64,000 nucleotides of DNA from an uncultured Candidatus Saccharibacteria bacterium. Lineage in GTDB: Bacteria > Patescibacteriota > Doudnabacteria > UBA920. The position numbers and the translations under genes were made by a program. Every line of letters starts with the position of its first letter. Within the stretch, counting starts at the first letter, position 1. Below, one piece after another: positions 38,002 to 47,423 of this stretch. The stretch spans positions 72,310 through 136,309 of the forward strand of contig CAZLNP010000003.1 of NCBI GenBank assembly GCA_964561085.1, read 5' to 3'. The notes under the pieces were generated by a model that ran no database searches, had not been told where the DNA came from, and saw only the letters and a program-made list of their open reading frames with translations.

Positions 38002-39639
38002 ATGGATCTATCATCCCTGAAACAAAATTTTAAAGGTGAAATAACAGAGCAAGAACAAGATATTGAACATTACAGTCGTGATGCCAGTATCTTTCAAATT
38101 GCCCCGCAGGCAATTGTGTTTCCAAAAGATGTAGCCGACGTAGAGTCGCTTGTTAAGTTTGCCGTTGAGCAGAAAGCTACACAGCCTAATATATCTCTAA
38201 CCCCTCGTGGGGGCGGTACTGATATGACCGGTGGAAGTATCAATGACTCAATTATCTTAGACACAACTAAGCACCTTAATGTTATCTCTGAGCAAACAGA
38301 TACGAGTGTGAAAACCGAATCTGGAGTAATGTTCCGAGATTTGGAAGTAAAGCTCACAGCAAAAAACAGAATGATGCCAGCCTACCCTGTATCAAAAGCT
38401 TGGGTATCTGTAGGTGGAATGACCGGCAATAACTGTGGCGGTGAAAAAACTTTCAAATACGGCCAAGCAAAAGACTTCGTTGAAGAACTTGAAGTTGTGT
38501 TAGGAGATGGAAACTCATACATAATCAAGCCATTGAACGAATCTGAATTGCAAACCAAAATGGCTTTGCAAAACTTTGAAGGAAGTTTCTATCGAGAAAT
38601 TTACAGACTAGTGACAGATAACGCGCGCCTATTACACGATGCAAAACCTACTACTTCTAAAAATTCATCAGGTTACTACCTATGGGACATATGGGATGGT
38701 AAAACTTTTGATCTAACTCAATTGTTTGTTGGCTCACAAGGCACCCTTGGAATTATTACAAAAATCAAATGGCGCATCGTTCCAATACAACGCCACACTC
38801 GCCTATTAATTTTCTTCTTAAAGGATTTGAAACAATTAGGTCAAATTGTTACGCATGTAAACGAGCTAAGCCCGGAGAGTTTTGAAATTTTTGATAAGCA
38901 CACTTTCAAACTTGCACTTCGCTACCTGCCAGAGATTGTCAGCAAAATGAAAGGCTCTCGCCTAAAAATGTTCTGGCAGTTCCTACCAGAACTTTGGATG
39001 ACCATTAAAGGTGGCCTACCGGAAGTAGTTCTCCTTGCTGAATTCGTAGGTGATGACGAAGAATCTGTTAGCAAACAAGTAGCGGATGCTGAGCACAATA
39101 TCCGATCCCATTTTAATTTACCTACACACATCTCACGCAGTCACGCTGAATCACAGAAGTACTGGACTATTCGTCGCGAAAGCTATAACTTGCTGCGCCA
39201 ACATAACGCACGCAAAATTTCCGCACCATTCATTGAAGATATTGTCGTGCACCCAGATCAACTTCCTGAATTTATGCCGAGACTAGATGCAATTCTAGCT
39301 AAGTATCCTGACTTCGTTTACACGATTGCCGGCCACGCTGGTGATGCTAATTTCCATATCATTCCCCTTGTTGATGTATCAGAAGAAAAGCATCGCAAGC
39401 AAATCATTACCATGAGCGATGAAGTCTTTAAGTTAGTTAAAGAATATGCTGGATCAATGGCTGGTGAGCACAATGACGGCCTGGTACGCGGGACATTCTT
39501 GCCATTCATGTTCGGCGATAAAGTTTTTGAGCTATTTAAAAGGACCAAACAAATATTTGATCCTTTAAACATCTTCAACCCTCACAAAAAAACTGAGGCA
39601 GATTTAACTTTTTACGCAGAACACGTTAGACATAACTAA
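38002..39639 (+). CDS. FAD-linked oxidase (GlcD/D-lactate dehydrogenase-like, PCMH FAD-binding domain)
   Basis: TPRGGGTDMTGGS FAD-binding motif; 545 aa. Confidence 0.7.
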   Translation: MDLSSLKQNFKGEITEQEQDIEHYSRDASIFQIAPQAIVFPKDVADVESLVKFAVEQKATQPNISLTPRGGGTDMTGGSINDSIILDTTKHLNVISEQTDTSVKTESGVMFRDLEVKLTAKNRMMPAYPVSKAWVSVGGMTGNNCGGEKTFKYGQAKDFVEELEVVLGDGNSYIIKPLNESELQTKMALQNFEGSFYREIYRLVTDNARLLHDAKPTTSKNSSGYYLWDIWDGKTFDLTQLFVGSQGTLGIITKIKWRIVPIQRHTRLLIFFLKDLKQLGQIVTHVNELSPESFEIFDKHTFKLALRYLPEIVSKMKGSRLKMFWQFLPELWMTIKGGLPEVVLLAEFVGDDEESVSKQVADAEHNIRSHFNLPTHISRSHAESQKYWTIRRESYNLLRQHNARKISAPFIEDIVVHPDQLPEFMPRLDAILAKYPDFVYTIAGHAGDANFHIIPLVDVSEEKHRKQIITMSDEVFKLVKEYAGSMAGEHNDGLVRGTFLPFMFGDKVFELFKRTKQIFDPLNIFNPHKKTEADLTFYAEHVRHN

Positions 39640-39646
39640 TTAGGGA

Positions 39647-41173
39647 TTAGAAACTACCGGAGTTGCTTCGACTGCGGCGAGTAGTTTCGCGAGTAGTGGT
39701 AGTAGTTGCGGCAGATCGCAAGCTAGTACGACGACCACCCATACTAGTGATCATAGCGCCACCTTTGAATGCGGCTACATCATAACCACCACGCCACCAA
39801 GACTCAAAGGCCACCAACTTACTGGAAACTTCTGACCCAGTCAGAGAAAACATCTTTACATGTGGGCCACCAGTTGTGGCTGGAGCTACGACAATTTCAC
39901 TGCCAGATTTAGAAGTACTAGAATCTCCTACGCTCACACGAAGACCTACAGTGAAAGTTCCGTCATAGGCAAAAAATTCTTTTTTAAGCGTGCCATTCTT
40001 GTCCCAAACTTTCACGTGTGGGCCGCCGCCTTTACCAGGGACAGTTACAAATCCGCCATCAAAACCCGCGACGTCAAATCCCATCATCACGTTAGCAGGA
40101 TAGGCCATTAACTCTTTCTTTACCGTCGGAGTAGCTCCATCTACTTCCCAAATTTTCACGTGTGGTCCCCCAGCTGAGGCTGGAGCAGTTACAACTTCCC
40201 AGTTGTCATCACTATCGATATCTGAAGTTGAGACTCTAACTCCCCCGTAAAAATTCATGTCGTACGCAAAAAATTCTTTTAACAACGTGCCATCGGCTTT
40301 AAATACTTTAATGTGTGGGCCGCCGCCAGGACCTGTAGAAGTAATAATTTCATCTACACCGTTGTCATCTATATCTCCCACTGCTACATCTACACCACCA
40401 GTAAAGTTAGTTGCGTAAGCATAGAACTGCTTAACTACTTTTCCATCCTTTTCCAAAACTTTTACCAATGGACCGCCGCCAGGGCCAGCCCCAGTTACAT
40501 ACTCAATCGCTGAGTCTTTATCTAAATTACCAGCTGCAACGTTAGCGCCGCCGCCAAAGTCATCGTACGGTAAAATTTCCCCACTTAGTTTTGGATAGTT
40601 GGTTACAGGTGCAGTGATTTTCGTTGCGTTCTGCAAACTTTGATATGGGCTAAAAGGAGTTCCATTCAAACGAATTTCAAAATGCAAGTGAGCCTGAGTT
40701 CCTTCCGCGTTACCACTGTCACCCATGTACCCAATCAACTGACCCTTAACTACTTTATTCCCAGCTTTAATGTCGGGGGCATACGCATTCATACCATCAC
40801 CCTTACCATCATCAGTGCCAGGGTTGTCGTTATTCATGTGTATGTAGTGATATGTGTATCCATCAGCATCACGAATAGTTACTGCCATCCCCCAACTAGC
40901 TTCTGGATAGTTCACGCTAGTGATTGTGCCGTCTACCGCCGCGACTAAAGGCAACATTTTCTTGCCCATTAAATCCTGACCTTCATGAGAACGCGCACCA
41001 CCATCGCGAGCAACTCCAAAGTCATCGTAATAAGTGACCTTACCAATTACCGGGAAAACGATAGATCTAATAGTGGAGACCTGTGCGTTTGCTATGTTTG
41101 TAGGCGTAAATGGGGTAAATACAAGCCCAACTGCCAACGCCAAAAAGAGAATTCTTTTCATATTTTGTTTCAA
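39647..41173 (-). CDS. Secreted M23 peptidase fused to FG-GAP/beta-propeller-like repeats
   Basis: Signal peptide; M23 motifs HEGQD...HLHFE; then ~5 repeats of GPGGGPH(V/I)KV...F(F/Y)AY...GG(V/F)DVA(V/G)GD. Confidence 0.7.
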   Translation of the reverse strand: MKQNMKRILFLALAVGLVFTPFTPTNIANAQVSTIRSIVFPVIGKVTYYDDFGVARDGGARSHEGQDLMGKKMLPLVAAVDGTITSVNYPEASWGMAVTIRDADGYTYHYIHMNNDNPGTDDGKGDGMNAYAPDIKAGNKVVKGQLIGYMGDSGNAEGTQAHLHFEIRLNGTPFSPYQSLQNATKITAPVTNYPKLSGEILPYDDFGGGANVAAGNLDKDSAIEYVTGAGPGGGPLVKVLEKDGKVVKQFYAYATNFTGGVDVAVGDIDDNGVDEIITSTGPGGGPHIKVFKADGTLLKEFFAYDMNFYGGVRVSTSDIDSDDNWEVVTAPASAGGPHVKIWEVDGATPTVKKELMAYPANVMMGFDVAGFDGGFVTVPGKGGGPHVKVWDKNGTLKKEFFAYDGTFTVGLRVSVGDSSTSKSGSEIVVAPATTGGPHVKMFSLTGSEVSSKLVAFESWWRGGYDVAAFKGGAMITSMGGRRTSLRSAATTTTTRETTRRSRSNSGSF

Positions 41174-41287
41174 TTTAATTAACTTTATTATGCATTTAAG
41201 TGTCTATCAATTATACCAGGAAGATATGATTTTTTTGTGTAGAACTCCCCACTTGCCAATTTAATAATTTTGTGTTAAAATAAAAAA

Positions 41288-42985
41288 ATGAAATTACAAG
41301 AATCTAATGAAGAAGTGCCAAGTGCAACTACTTCTGGTGCAAGATTCGAGAATCTAGGTATCGCTCCGAAATTACTTGAAATACTTTCACAACATAAATT
41401 TGTTACGCCCACACCAATTCAAGAAAAATCTATCCCAGCTGCCCTAACAGGTGCTGACCTTATGGGCATCGCCCAAACAGGAACTGGTAAAACTCTTGCT
41501 TTTGGTATTCCTATGATCCAACGCCTAGCCCAAAGTAGCGGCAAGGGTACTGGACTCGTAGTGTTACCTACTCGCGAACTCGCGTTGCAGGTTAACGAAA
41601 CTCTTAAGAAGATTGGAACTCCAATCGGCTTAAAAACTGCTATCTTAATTGGCGGCGAAGCGATCGGCCGTCAACACCAAGCGTTGAAACGCAACCCACA
41701 TATCATCATTGCGACTCCTGGTCGTCTGATTGATCACTTAGACAAAAAGACTGTTGATCTATCTAAGACTCTTGTCTTAGTTCTAGATGAAGCAGATCGT
41801 ATGTTAGACATGGGATTTGCGCCACAGATCACAAAGATCCTGGAAAAAGTTCCAAAAGGACGTCAGACTCTTTTGTTCTCTGCGACAATGCCTACCGCAA
41901 TTGTTAAAATTGCGAACACCTACATGAGTACCCCACTTCGCATTGAAGTAGCTCCTGCAGGAAGTGCTGTTAAATCTGTTACTCAAGAAATTTATTTCCT
42001 TGAACGCGGACAAAAACTTCCATTGCTTAGCACAATTCTTAAGCAATACAATGGTAGCATCTTAGTTTTCTCTCGTACCAAATTTGGTGCTAAGAAAATT
42101 GCACGAGACATTCGCGCTATGGGTGTTACAGCTACAGAAATTCACTCTAACCGATCTTTGAACCAACGCTTAGACGCGTTAAAAGGTTTTAAACTTGGAA
42201 ACTTCCGAGTTCTTGTAGCAACAGACATTGCCGCTCGTGGTATTGATGTTACTGGTATTCAATTAGTTATTAACTATGACTTGCCAGACCAAGCTGAAGA
42301 TTACGTTCACCGTATTGGTCGCACAGGTCGTGCATCTATGACTGGCCACGCCATTTCTTTTGCAACTCATGACCAACGTCGCGATGTAAACATGATTGAA
42401 CGTTTAATTAAAACTCAATTACCAGTAGCAAAACTTCCTGAGACTTTACCGCACGTAGCTAGATCTACTGAACCAGAACGTGATGATCGCGGTCGTGGTG
42501 GTCGTAGCTCTGGCGGACGCCCTTCATCTAGTCGCCCATCTACTGGTCGTTCAAGTGGTGGTCGCCCAGCTTATGGTAGTCGACCAAGCGGTCGTGATAG
42601 TCGCCCATCTTTTGGAGACAGAACAAGCCGCACTACTACTATGACACCTTCATCAAGTCGTCCTGCATCTGCTGGTCGTGGGTATGAAGGTAGCAAGCCA
42701 CGTCCTGGCGCTGCACCAAGAACTAGTGGATACGTACGCGGAGCAAGTGCTTCCGCACCACGTACTAGTGGTTATGTAAGAGGTGCAACTAGTGGTAGAC
42801 CAACAACTGGTCGACCAGATGCGCGCGGCGGCAGACCGTCCTCTACAGGCGGAGCTTCTAAAGGACGCAGAAAATGGTCTGATTACGAACGTGGTCGCAA
42901 ACCAGCACCAGCATCTTTGAAGAAAATCTCTCCAAATGCTAGCGGCTTCTACATTACTCGCAAAGTAAATCCAGAAGACGAATAG
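41288..42985 (+). CDS. DEAD-box ATP-dependent RNA helicase with ~170-aa Arg/Gly/Ser-rich C-terminal tail
   Basis: Q-motif, AQTGTGKT, DEAD, SAT, HRIGRTGR; tail RGRGGRSSGGRPSSSRPS... with a PRTSGYVRGA x2 repeat. Confidence 0.9.
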   Translation: MKLQESNEEVPSATTSGARFENLGIAPKLLEILSQHKFVTPTPIQEKSIPAALTGADLMGIAQTGTGKTLAFGIPMIQRLAQSSGKGTGLVVLPTRELALQVNETLKKIGTPIGLKTAILIGGEAIGRQHQALKRNPHIIIATPGRLIDHLDKKTVDLSKTLVLVLDEADRMLDMGFAPQITKILEKVPKGRQTLLFSATMPTAIVKIANTYMSTPLRIEVAPAGSAVKSVTQEIYFLERGQKLPLLSTILKQYNGSILVFSRTKFGAKKIARDIRAMGVTATEIHSNRSLNQRLDALKGFKLGNFRVLVATDIAARGIDVTGIQLVINYDLPDQAEDYVHRIGRTGRASMTGHAISFATHDQRRDVNMIERLIKTQLPVAKLPETLPHVARSTEPERDDRGRGGRSSGGRPSSSRPSTGRSSGGRPAYGSRPSGRDSRPSFGDRTSRTTTMTPSSSRPASAGRGYEGSKPRPGAAPRTSGYVRGASASAPRTSGYVRGATSGRPTTGRPDARGGRPSSTGGASKGRRKWSDYERGRKPAPASLKKISPNASGFYITRKVNPEDE

Positions 42986-43022
42986 ACTAAACTTTTAAAG
43001 CATAAATAAAGCCCCACTCTAG

Positions 43023-43661
43023 ATGGGGCTTTATTATTTACAAAAGTTTGGTATGATGAATCCAGAAGTAAAAATGATGCTTATGACTAAAATTGAAAGA
43101 GAAATCAGTTTCGACGAAGTGATGCTAAGTTGGTTGGAGGCTGAGATTAAACAAATCGAGGGGCGAGATATTTTGCCTGTTGCCAAAGATAAAGGATTCA
43201 GCTCCATTACAGAATGGCGGTTGGCTACTGCGTTAAGATTAGGCATGGATAAAAAAGTTTGGCACCTTGTAGAAATTGAAGATCCTAATACTGTTCTTCC
43301 TAAAATAATAGTTGGGCCGTATCAAGGCTGGTCACGCTTTTTTGATAATAAAATTGATACTACTTTTGAACAAGCCTTAGAAATTCCAGAATTCTTTGAG
43401 TGGTGCAAAACTCATGATCGAATACAGCCTATTATAAAGAATTATCCTCCATCATCAACTATAATCTTGTATCGCAAGCCGAGTGGTGAGCTAATTCATA
43501 TTGAGGGTGGGCATAGAATTTGCGCAGTGGCGTATCAAGAAAAAATTGGTGAATCAATTAATTTAGATGGTATAAAAATTACTGCCGCAATTGCAGACAT
43601 TGATGAGTCCGAGGTTGCGAAGCTGCAAGAATTTTTGAAGGTTGGAACCTATAAACAATAA
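43023..43661 (+). CDS. Hypothetical protein
   Basis: 212 aa ORF; no family recognised; bidirectional terminator hairpin AAAACGC-ttag-GCGTTTT at 43662..43684. Confidence 0.4.
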   Translation: MGLYYLQKFGMMNPEVKMMLMTKIEREISFDEVMLSWLEAEIKQIEGRDILPVAKDKGFSSITEWRLATALRLGMDKKVWHLVEIEDPNTVLPKIIVGPYQGWSRFFDNKIDTTFEQALEIPEFFEWCKTHDRIQPIIKNYPPSSTIILYRKPSGELIHIEGGHRICAVAYQEKIGESINLDGIKITAAIADIDESEVAKLQEFLKVGTYKQ

Positions 43662-43668
43662 AAAACGC

Positions 43669-44304
43669 TTAGGCGTTTTTTATTTTATCTATCATTTCTG
43701 CATAGGCAGAATTGAGTCGTTCCATTAATTCGTCGTCCTTACTAAATTCAGAGGCTTTATCAGTAACTCTGGTTGCAAGCTCAAACGGTAAGCCAATTTC
43801 CACCAACAGCGGATGGTAGCTCTCGATGCTTAATTCATTAGGATTAGAATAGGAGTTTTGGATTAAAGCATAAAATTTATCAATTAACTCACGACTCTCT
43901 CCATTTTGGAGTTCAGCAAATTTTACGTCTGGCAGAAACTCATTTATTTTAAAATTTGCAATGTCATTTAAGTCTTGCAGTATTTTTACTGCAGTAAGTG
44001 AAACCCAATCATCATCCCCCGTGTGCATGTTGTCATACGAAAATAGTGATGAAAACTTTTCAATGTATATCTGCGATTGGATTTCATCACAAGCCAAATG
44101 AGAGTGCCAACCCTTAGCGAAATCACTTATTGTGTTAATGTCCCATTGATCAAAATCCGAGGGGTGAGTTAGATTTCTCGGAGTTTTTGTGATGTATCGC
44201 GTATCAGGATATACCGCCCCAGCAATATAACTTTGCAGGTTTGAAGGGCTATAGTAGTCCTGAAGATCAATCGCAAATTTAATGTGTGTCCCTTGTAATG
44301 CCAT
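43669..44304 (-). CDS. Hypothetical protein (possible zinc-dependent PLC/P1-nuclease-like fold)
   Basis: N-terminal GTHIKFA...YPDTRY...HSHLACDE His/Asp pattern; weak. Confidence 0.35.
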   Translation of the reverse strand: MALQGTHIKFAIDLQDYYSPSNLQSYIAGAVYPDTRYITKTPRNLTHPSDFDQWDINTISDFAKGWHSHLACDEIQSQIYIEKFSSLFSYDNMHTGDDDWVSLTAVKILQDLNDIANFKINEFLPDVKFAELQNGESRELIDKFYALIQNSYSNPNELSIESYHPLLVEIGLPFELATRVTDKASEFSKDDELMERLNSAYAEMIDKIKNA

Positions 44305-44339
44305 GTAGTAATTATAACAAAATTGAGCAAAGTTGTAGA

Positions 44340-44368
44340 TTGACTATTCCTAGGTTTTTAGCTACAAT
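44340..44368 (+). promoter_or_regulatory. Near-consensus sigma70-type promoter
   Basis: TTGACT - 17 nt - TACAAT. Confidence 0.55.
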
Positions 44369-44374
44369 ACCAAC

Positions 44375-44450
44375 GGATTCAGTAATAGTGAATCTAGCCT
44401 GACACAGCAGGCCAGTTAGTTTTAATCGCTGTGGAAGCGATTTTTTATTT
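44375..44450 (+). ncRNA. Candidate small RNA (three hairpins, last an intrinsic terminator)
   Basis: Downstream of promoter: GATTCA-gtaatag-TGAATC; GCCTG-acacag-CAGGC; AATCGC-tgtggaa-GCGATT + T-run; no ORF. Confidence 0.35.
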
Positions 44451-44506
44451 TAGTACTTTAACAAAACTTTATCTAAATTTTATAAGCTTTAAGGCATAGT
44501 TAGAGT

Positions 44507-44998
44507 ATGCCTAAAGTTAACTGTAAAATTTGCAATTCTCCATTTTATGCCAAACCAAGACATTTAAAAATTGGTTGTGGAAAGTATTGTTCAAAAAAAT
44601 GCCAAAATACTTCTCAAAGAACTGGGTTTTGGACAGAATGCAATAACTGCGGCAAGTCAATATGGAAAACTCCCAGAGATGTTAGAGATTCAAAAAGTGG
44701 AAAATTCTTTTGCAGTAAAAGTTGCCAGACAGTTTGGAGAAACAAGCATTATAGCGAAACCAAACATCCTATGTGGAAAAATGGCATTAACACATACCGT
44801 AACATATTACTTAGAAGTAAGGTTCCTGTGATGTGTTTAAAATGTAAATTGAAAGATAAAAGAATTCTAATTGTTCACCATCTTGACAAAAATAGAACAA
44901 ATAATTCTTTGGGCAATTTAGTTTGGTTATGTGCAAATTGTCATATGTTAATTCATGCTGATAATAAAGAAATGAAAAGTTTTTTAAAGAATATATAA
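44507..44998 (+). CDS. HNH homing-type endonuclease with N-terminal paired zinc ribbons
   Basis: C-terminal HHLDKNRTNN...NLVWLCANCHMLIH HNH motif; duplicated CxxC...YAKP..GKYCSKxCQ N-terminal modules. Confidence 0.8.
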   Translation: MPKVNCKICNSPFYAKPRHLKIGCGKYCSKKCQNTSQRTGFWTECNNCGKSIWKTPRDVRDSKSGKFFCSKSCQTVWRNKHYSETKHPMWKNGINTYRNILLRSKVPVMCLKCKLKDKRILIVHHLDKNRTNNSLGNLVWLCANCHMLIHADNKEMKSFLKNI

Positions 44999-45005
44999 AT
45001 ATTAT

Positions 45006-45080
45006 GGTGGCTGTGGTGTAGTGGTAACACAATTCTCTGTGGCAGAATTATCGGGGGTTCGATTCCCCTCAGTCACCCCA
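45006..45080 (+). tRNA. tRNA-His (anticodon GTG) with encoded G-1 and CCA
   Basis: G-1 + GTGGCTG acceptor pairing with CAGTCAC, discriminator C73; anticodon stem ATTCT/AGAAT, loop CTGTGGC. Confidence 0.85.
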
Positions 45081-45231
45081 TTAAAAATAACGCTTGTTTA
45101 AAGCGTTATTTTTTGTTACCCTTAACAGGAATTGAACTGTGACCAAAAACGTGAAGTATAATTTATAAAATAATAAAGGTTCAATTTAAAATATATTTGT
45201 ATATAATTTTTAATAATTAAAACTTTCCACT

Positions 45232-45801
45232 ATGCAAAACGAATTGGAAGCTAAATTTCTATCAATTGATAAGGAAGAAGTTAGAGTCAAGCTAACTAGT
45301 GCTGGGTACACTCTCTCGACGCCTGAGTATACCATGCGAAGAAAAACTTTTGACTTCTCAAAAGTAGATCCTGGAAAAAATAAATGGGGTCGTGTTAGAC
45401 AAGAATCTGACAAAACAACAATGACTATCAAAGAAGTCAGAGGTGAAGGTGTTAATGATACTTTTGAAGTAGAGCTAGTTGTTAATGATTTTGATATTGC
45501 AGCCAACTTCTTCGAAGCATGTAATATCCACGCAAAAGCCTTTCAAGAAAATATGCGTGAGGTATGGAAAAAAGATAATGTCGAGGTAACCATTGATACC
45601 TGGCCAGGATTAAAGCCATTTATAGAAATTGAAGGTCCTACCGAAGAAAGCCTAAAAGAAGCTAGTGCGGAATTGGAGTTTGATTATGCAATAGCATCAT
45701 TTGGAAGCATCGATATGATTTATGAAAAAGAACTTGGCATCCCTGCTTCAGAAATAATTAAATTGCCAGAAATTACATTCGCGTCAGTACCAACTAAATA
45801 A
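45232..45801 (+). CDS. CYTH-domain protein (CyaB-like triphosphate tunnel metalloenzyme)
   Basis: N-terminal ELEAKF (ExExK) signature; 189 aa beta-barrel-like alternating pattern. Confidence 0.7.
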   Translation: MQNELEAKFLSIDKEEVRVKLTSAGYTLSTPEYTMRRKTFDFSKVDPGKNKWGRVRQESDKTTMTIKEVRGEGVNDTFEVELVVNDFDIAANFFEACNIHAKAFQENMREVWKKDNVEVTIDTWPGLKPFIEIEGPTEESLKEASAELEFDYAIASFGSIDMIYEKELGIPASEIIKLPEITFASVPTK

Positions 45802-45813
45802 TTACCAAAATGA

Positions 45814-45842
45814 AAAGCCGTGGAATTTCTTCTACGGCTTTT
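45814..45842. terminator. Bidirectional terminator between CYTH gene and radical SAM operon
   Basis: AAAGCCGT-12 nt loop-ACGGCTTT with flanking A/T runs. Confidence 0.55.
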
Positions 45843-46845
45843 ATCTTTTAAGTTGAACTAAAGTTGGTTTGATCGGCGGGTATGTGTACTCACCAGGTTC
45901 TTCCATGCACCACCCTTCAGATTGCCCAGGGGTCCTGCAGTTAAAATTACAGCGAGGTACAACCGTCAAGCGAAGCGATGTCTTGGCAAGCAAGTTATCG
46001 ATTTCGATTTCTCCGATCTTGCTTTTTATAGCAGCCTTGAATTGCGCATCGTCGTCATCAAATTCGGGGACTGAGAATCCTATGTCCCTTCTTAGATAGC
46101 AAAAATACATTTCAAGTTTCGGATCAACACGTGCGTAATCACCAAACTTTTCTTCGCAGACAAGTTTGTGATCACAGGAATTACAAGGCTCAACAGATCT
46201 ATCCAACTTATCTCCCAGCTTCACTTCAACCATGCCACCGCCAGAAAGATGAAACCGTAAGCGTTTTCTTCCTAAGTCTTTCTTCACCCGTTGAATGAGA
46301 GAAGTCTTAGAGAGCACTTCCGATTTGATCACTGGTCGCCAGTCCTGATATTGAGACTGATAATTTGAGTCGCTACTTGGAGTCCAAAGCAAAGTGAATA
46401 GTTTCAATCTGCTCTTATAGGTATTTAAGAGAGATAACTGCTCGGGAATGTCTGAGGTAAAACCTTTTAACAATACTCGATTGAAATCAACCTTGATACC
46501 TAAATCCAAAGCCTCGGTAACTCCTGAGATAAACTTTTGGTAATCTCCATAACCACCTGAAATCTCTTTAAAGATTAGTGGGTCTGTAGAATGCCAACTC
46601 GTTCGAATCAGGGATAACCCAGCCGTCTGTAGCTTTTTCGCATAAGCTTTAAGCAATTGCCCGTTTGTGGTCATCGAGGTTATAAAACCCCGATCGACAA
46701 GGGCTTTCACAACATCGTCAATATGATAATTGCCGTCTCGCCATAAAAGTGGTTCTAACGCACCGATCTCGACATTAGGGTTACCCCCAATACTCAACCA
46801 GTTATCAGCCACTTTCATTATATTTTCAAACGAAAGTGGTTTCAT
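45841..46845 (-). CDS. MoaA-like radical SAM protein, apparently circularly permuted (Cys-motif strand at C-terminus)
   Basis: N-terminal part aligns to MoaA from the GGEPLL element onward (GALEPLL, TNGQLL, SWHS); CX2C...C auxiliary-cluster-like region CNSCDHKLVC...RVDPKLEMYFC; C-terminal LRLTVVPRCNFNCRTPGQSEGWCMEEPGE resembles the MoaA N-terminal [21 protein letters not shown]. Confidence 0.6.
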   Translation of the reverse strand: MKPLSFENIMKVADNWLSIGGNPNVEIGALEPLLWRDGNYHIDDVVKALVDRGFITSMTTNGQLLKAYAKKLQTAGLSLIRTSWHSTDPLIFKEISGGYGDYQKFISGVTEALDLGIKVDFNRVLLKGFTSDIPEQLSLLNTYKSRLKLFTLLWTPSSDSNYQSQYQDWRPVIKSEVLSKTSLIQRVKKDLGRKRLRFHLSGGGMVEVKLGDKLDRSVEPCNSCDHKLVCEEKFGDYARVDPKLEMYFCYLRRDIGFSVPEFDDDDAQFKAAIKSKIGEIEIDNLLAKTSLRLTVVPRCNFNCRTPGQSEGWCMEEPGEYTYPPIKPTLVQLKR

Positions 46846-47423
46846 GCGTTTACCCTCCCAGCAATATGCTTTTTGATCAACTCAACAGTTTCTAATGCCG
46901 TCACAACACCCGTGTCAATGTAGATCAAATTAAACGAAAGAAAAACTTCGTTAACTTGATCCAAAAACGGACTATTATTTTCGAGGTTGGCATCAGGAAT
47001 GTTTCGTTTACGTGCTACGATTCGCTTGTCTCGAGTTTCTGAATCGCAGTTTAGATGAAACGCATAATCAGGTAGCAGTAGATGAGTATCAGAATGAATC
47101 AACTTCACTCTTTCATCTAATACATAATGATATGCTGCCGTTGTTGCTACGTAACGATCGGCTACAACTGGTCCTTGTTTCAAAAGATCCGTAATATGCT
47201 GGGTGTCATACTGCACAGCCATCATATAAAAACAATACCTTTCCAAAGGGCTTGCTCTCAGATCAATCTCTTTCCGTAATTCCGCGAACGCACCCGATGG
47301 TGATTTATAATATTGAAATCCCTGCTCAGCCAACAATAAAGCGGCTGTAGTTTTTCCAACACCATCTACGCCATCGAGACTTATAAATACATTTTTTTGC
47401 ATAAAGCCTCCCAGCTCATTCAA
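46842..47423 (-). CDS. tmk: Thymidylate kinase-like P-loop nucleotide kinase
   Basis: ISLDGVDGVGKTT P-loop and VVADRYVATTAAYHY (DRY motif); ATGA overlap with downstream radical SAM gene. Confidence 0.65.
   Translation of the reverse strand: MNELGGFMQKNVFISLDGVDGVGKTTAALLLAEQGFQYYKSPSGAFAELRKEIDLRASPLERYCFYMMAVQYDTQHITDLLKQGPVVADRYVATTAAYHYVLDERVKLIHSDTHLLLPDYAFHLNCDSETRDKRIVARKRNIPDANLENNSPFLDQVNEVFLSFNLIYIDTGVVTALETVELIKKHIAGRVNA

Noticed and set aside
44375-44450. Possibility that the sRNA candidate is SRP (4.5S) RNA
   Set aside because: Lacks the conserved domain IV symmetric loop/GGAA tetraloop context and 5'/3' pairing of SRP RNA; the GGAAGCGA resemblance is too short.
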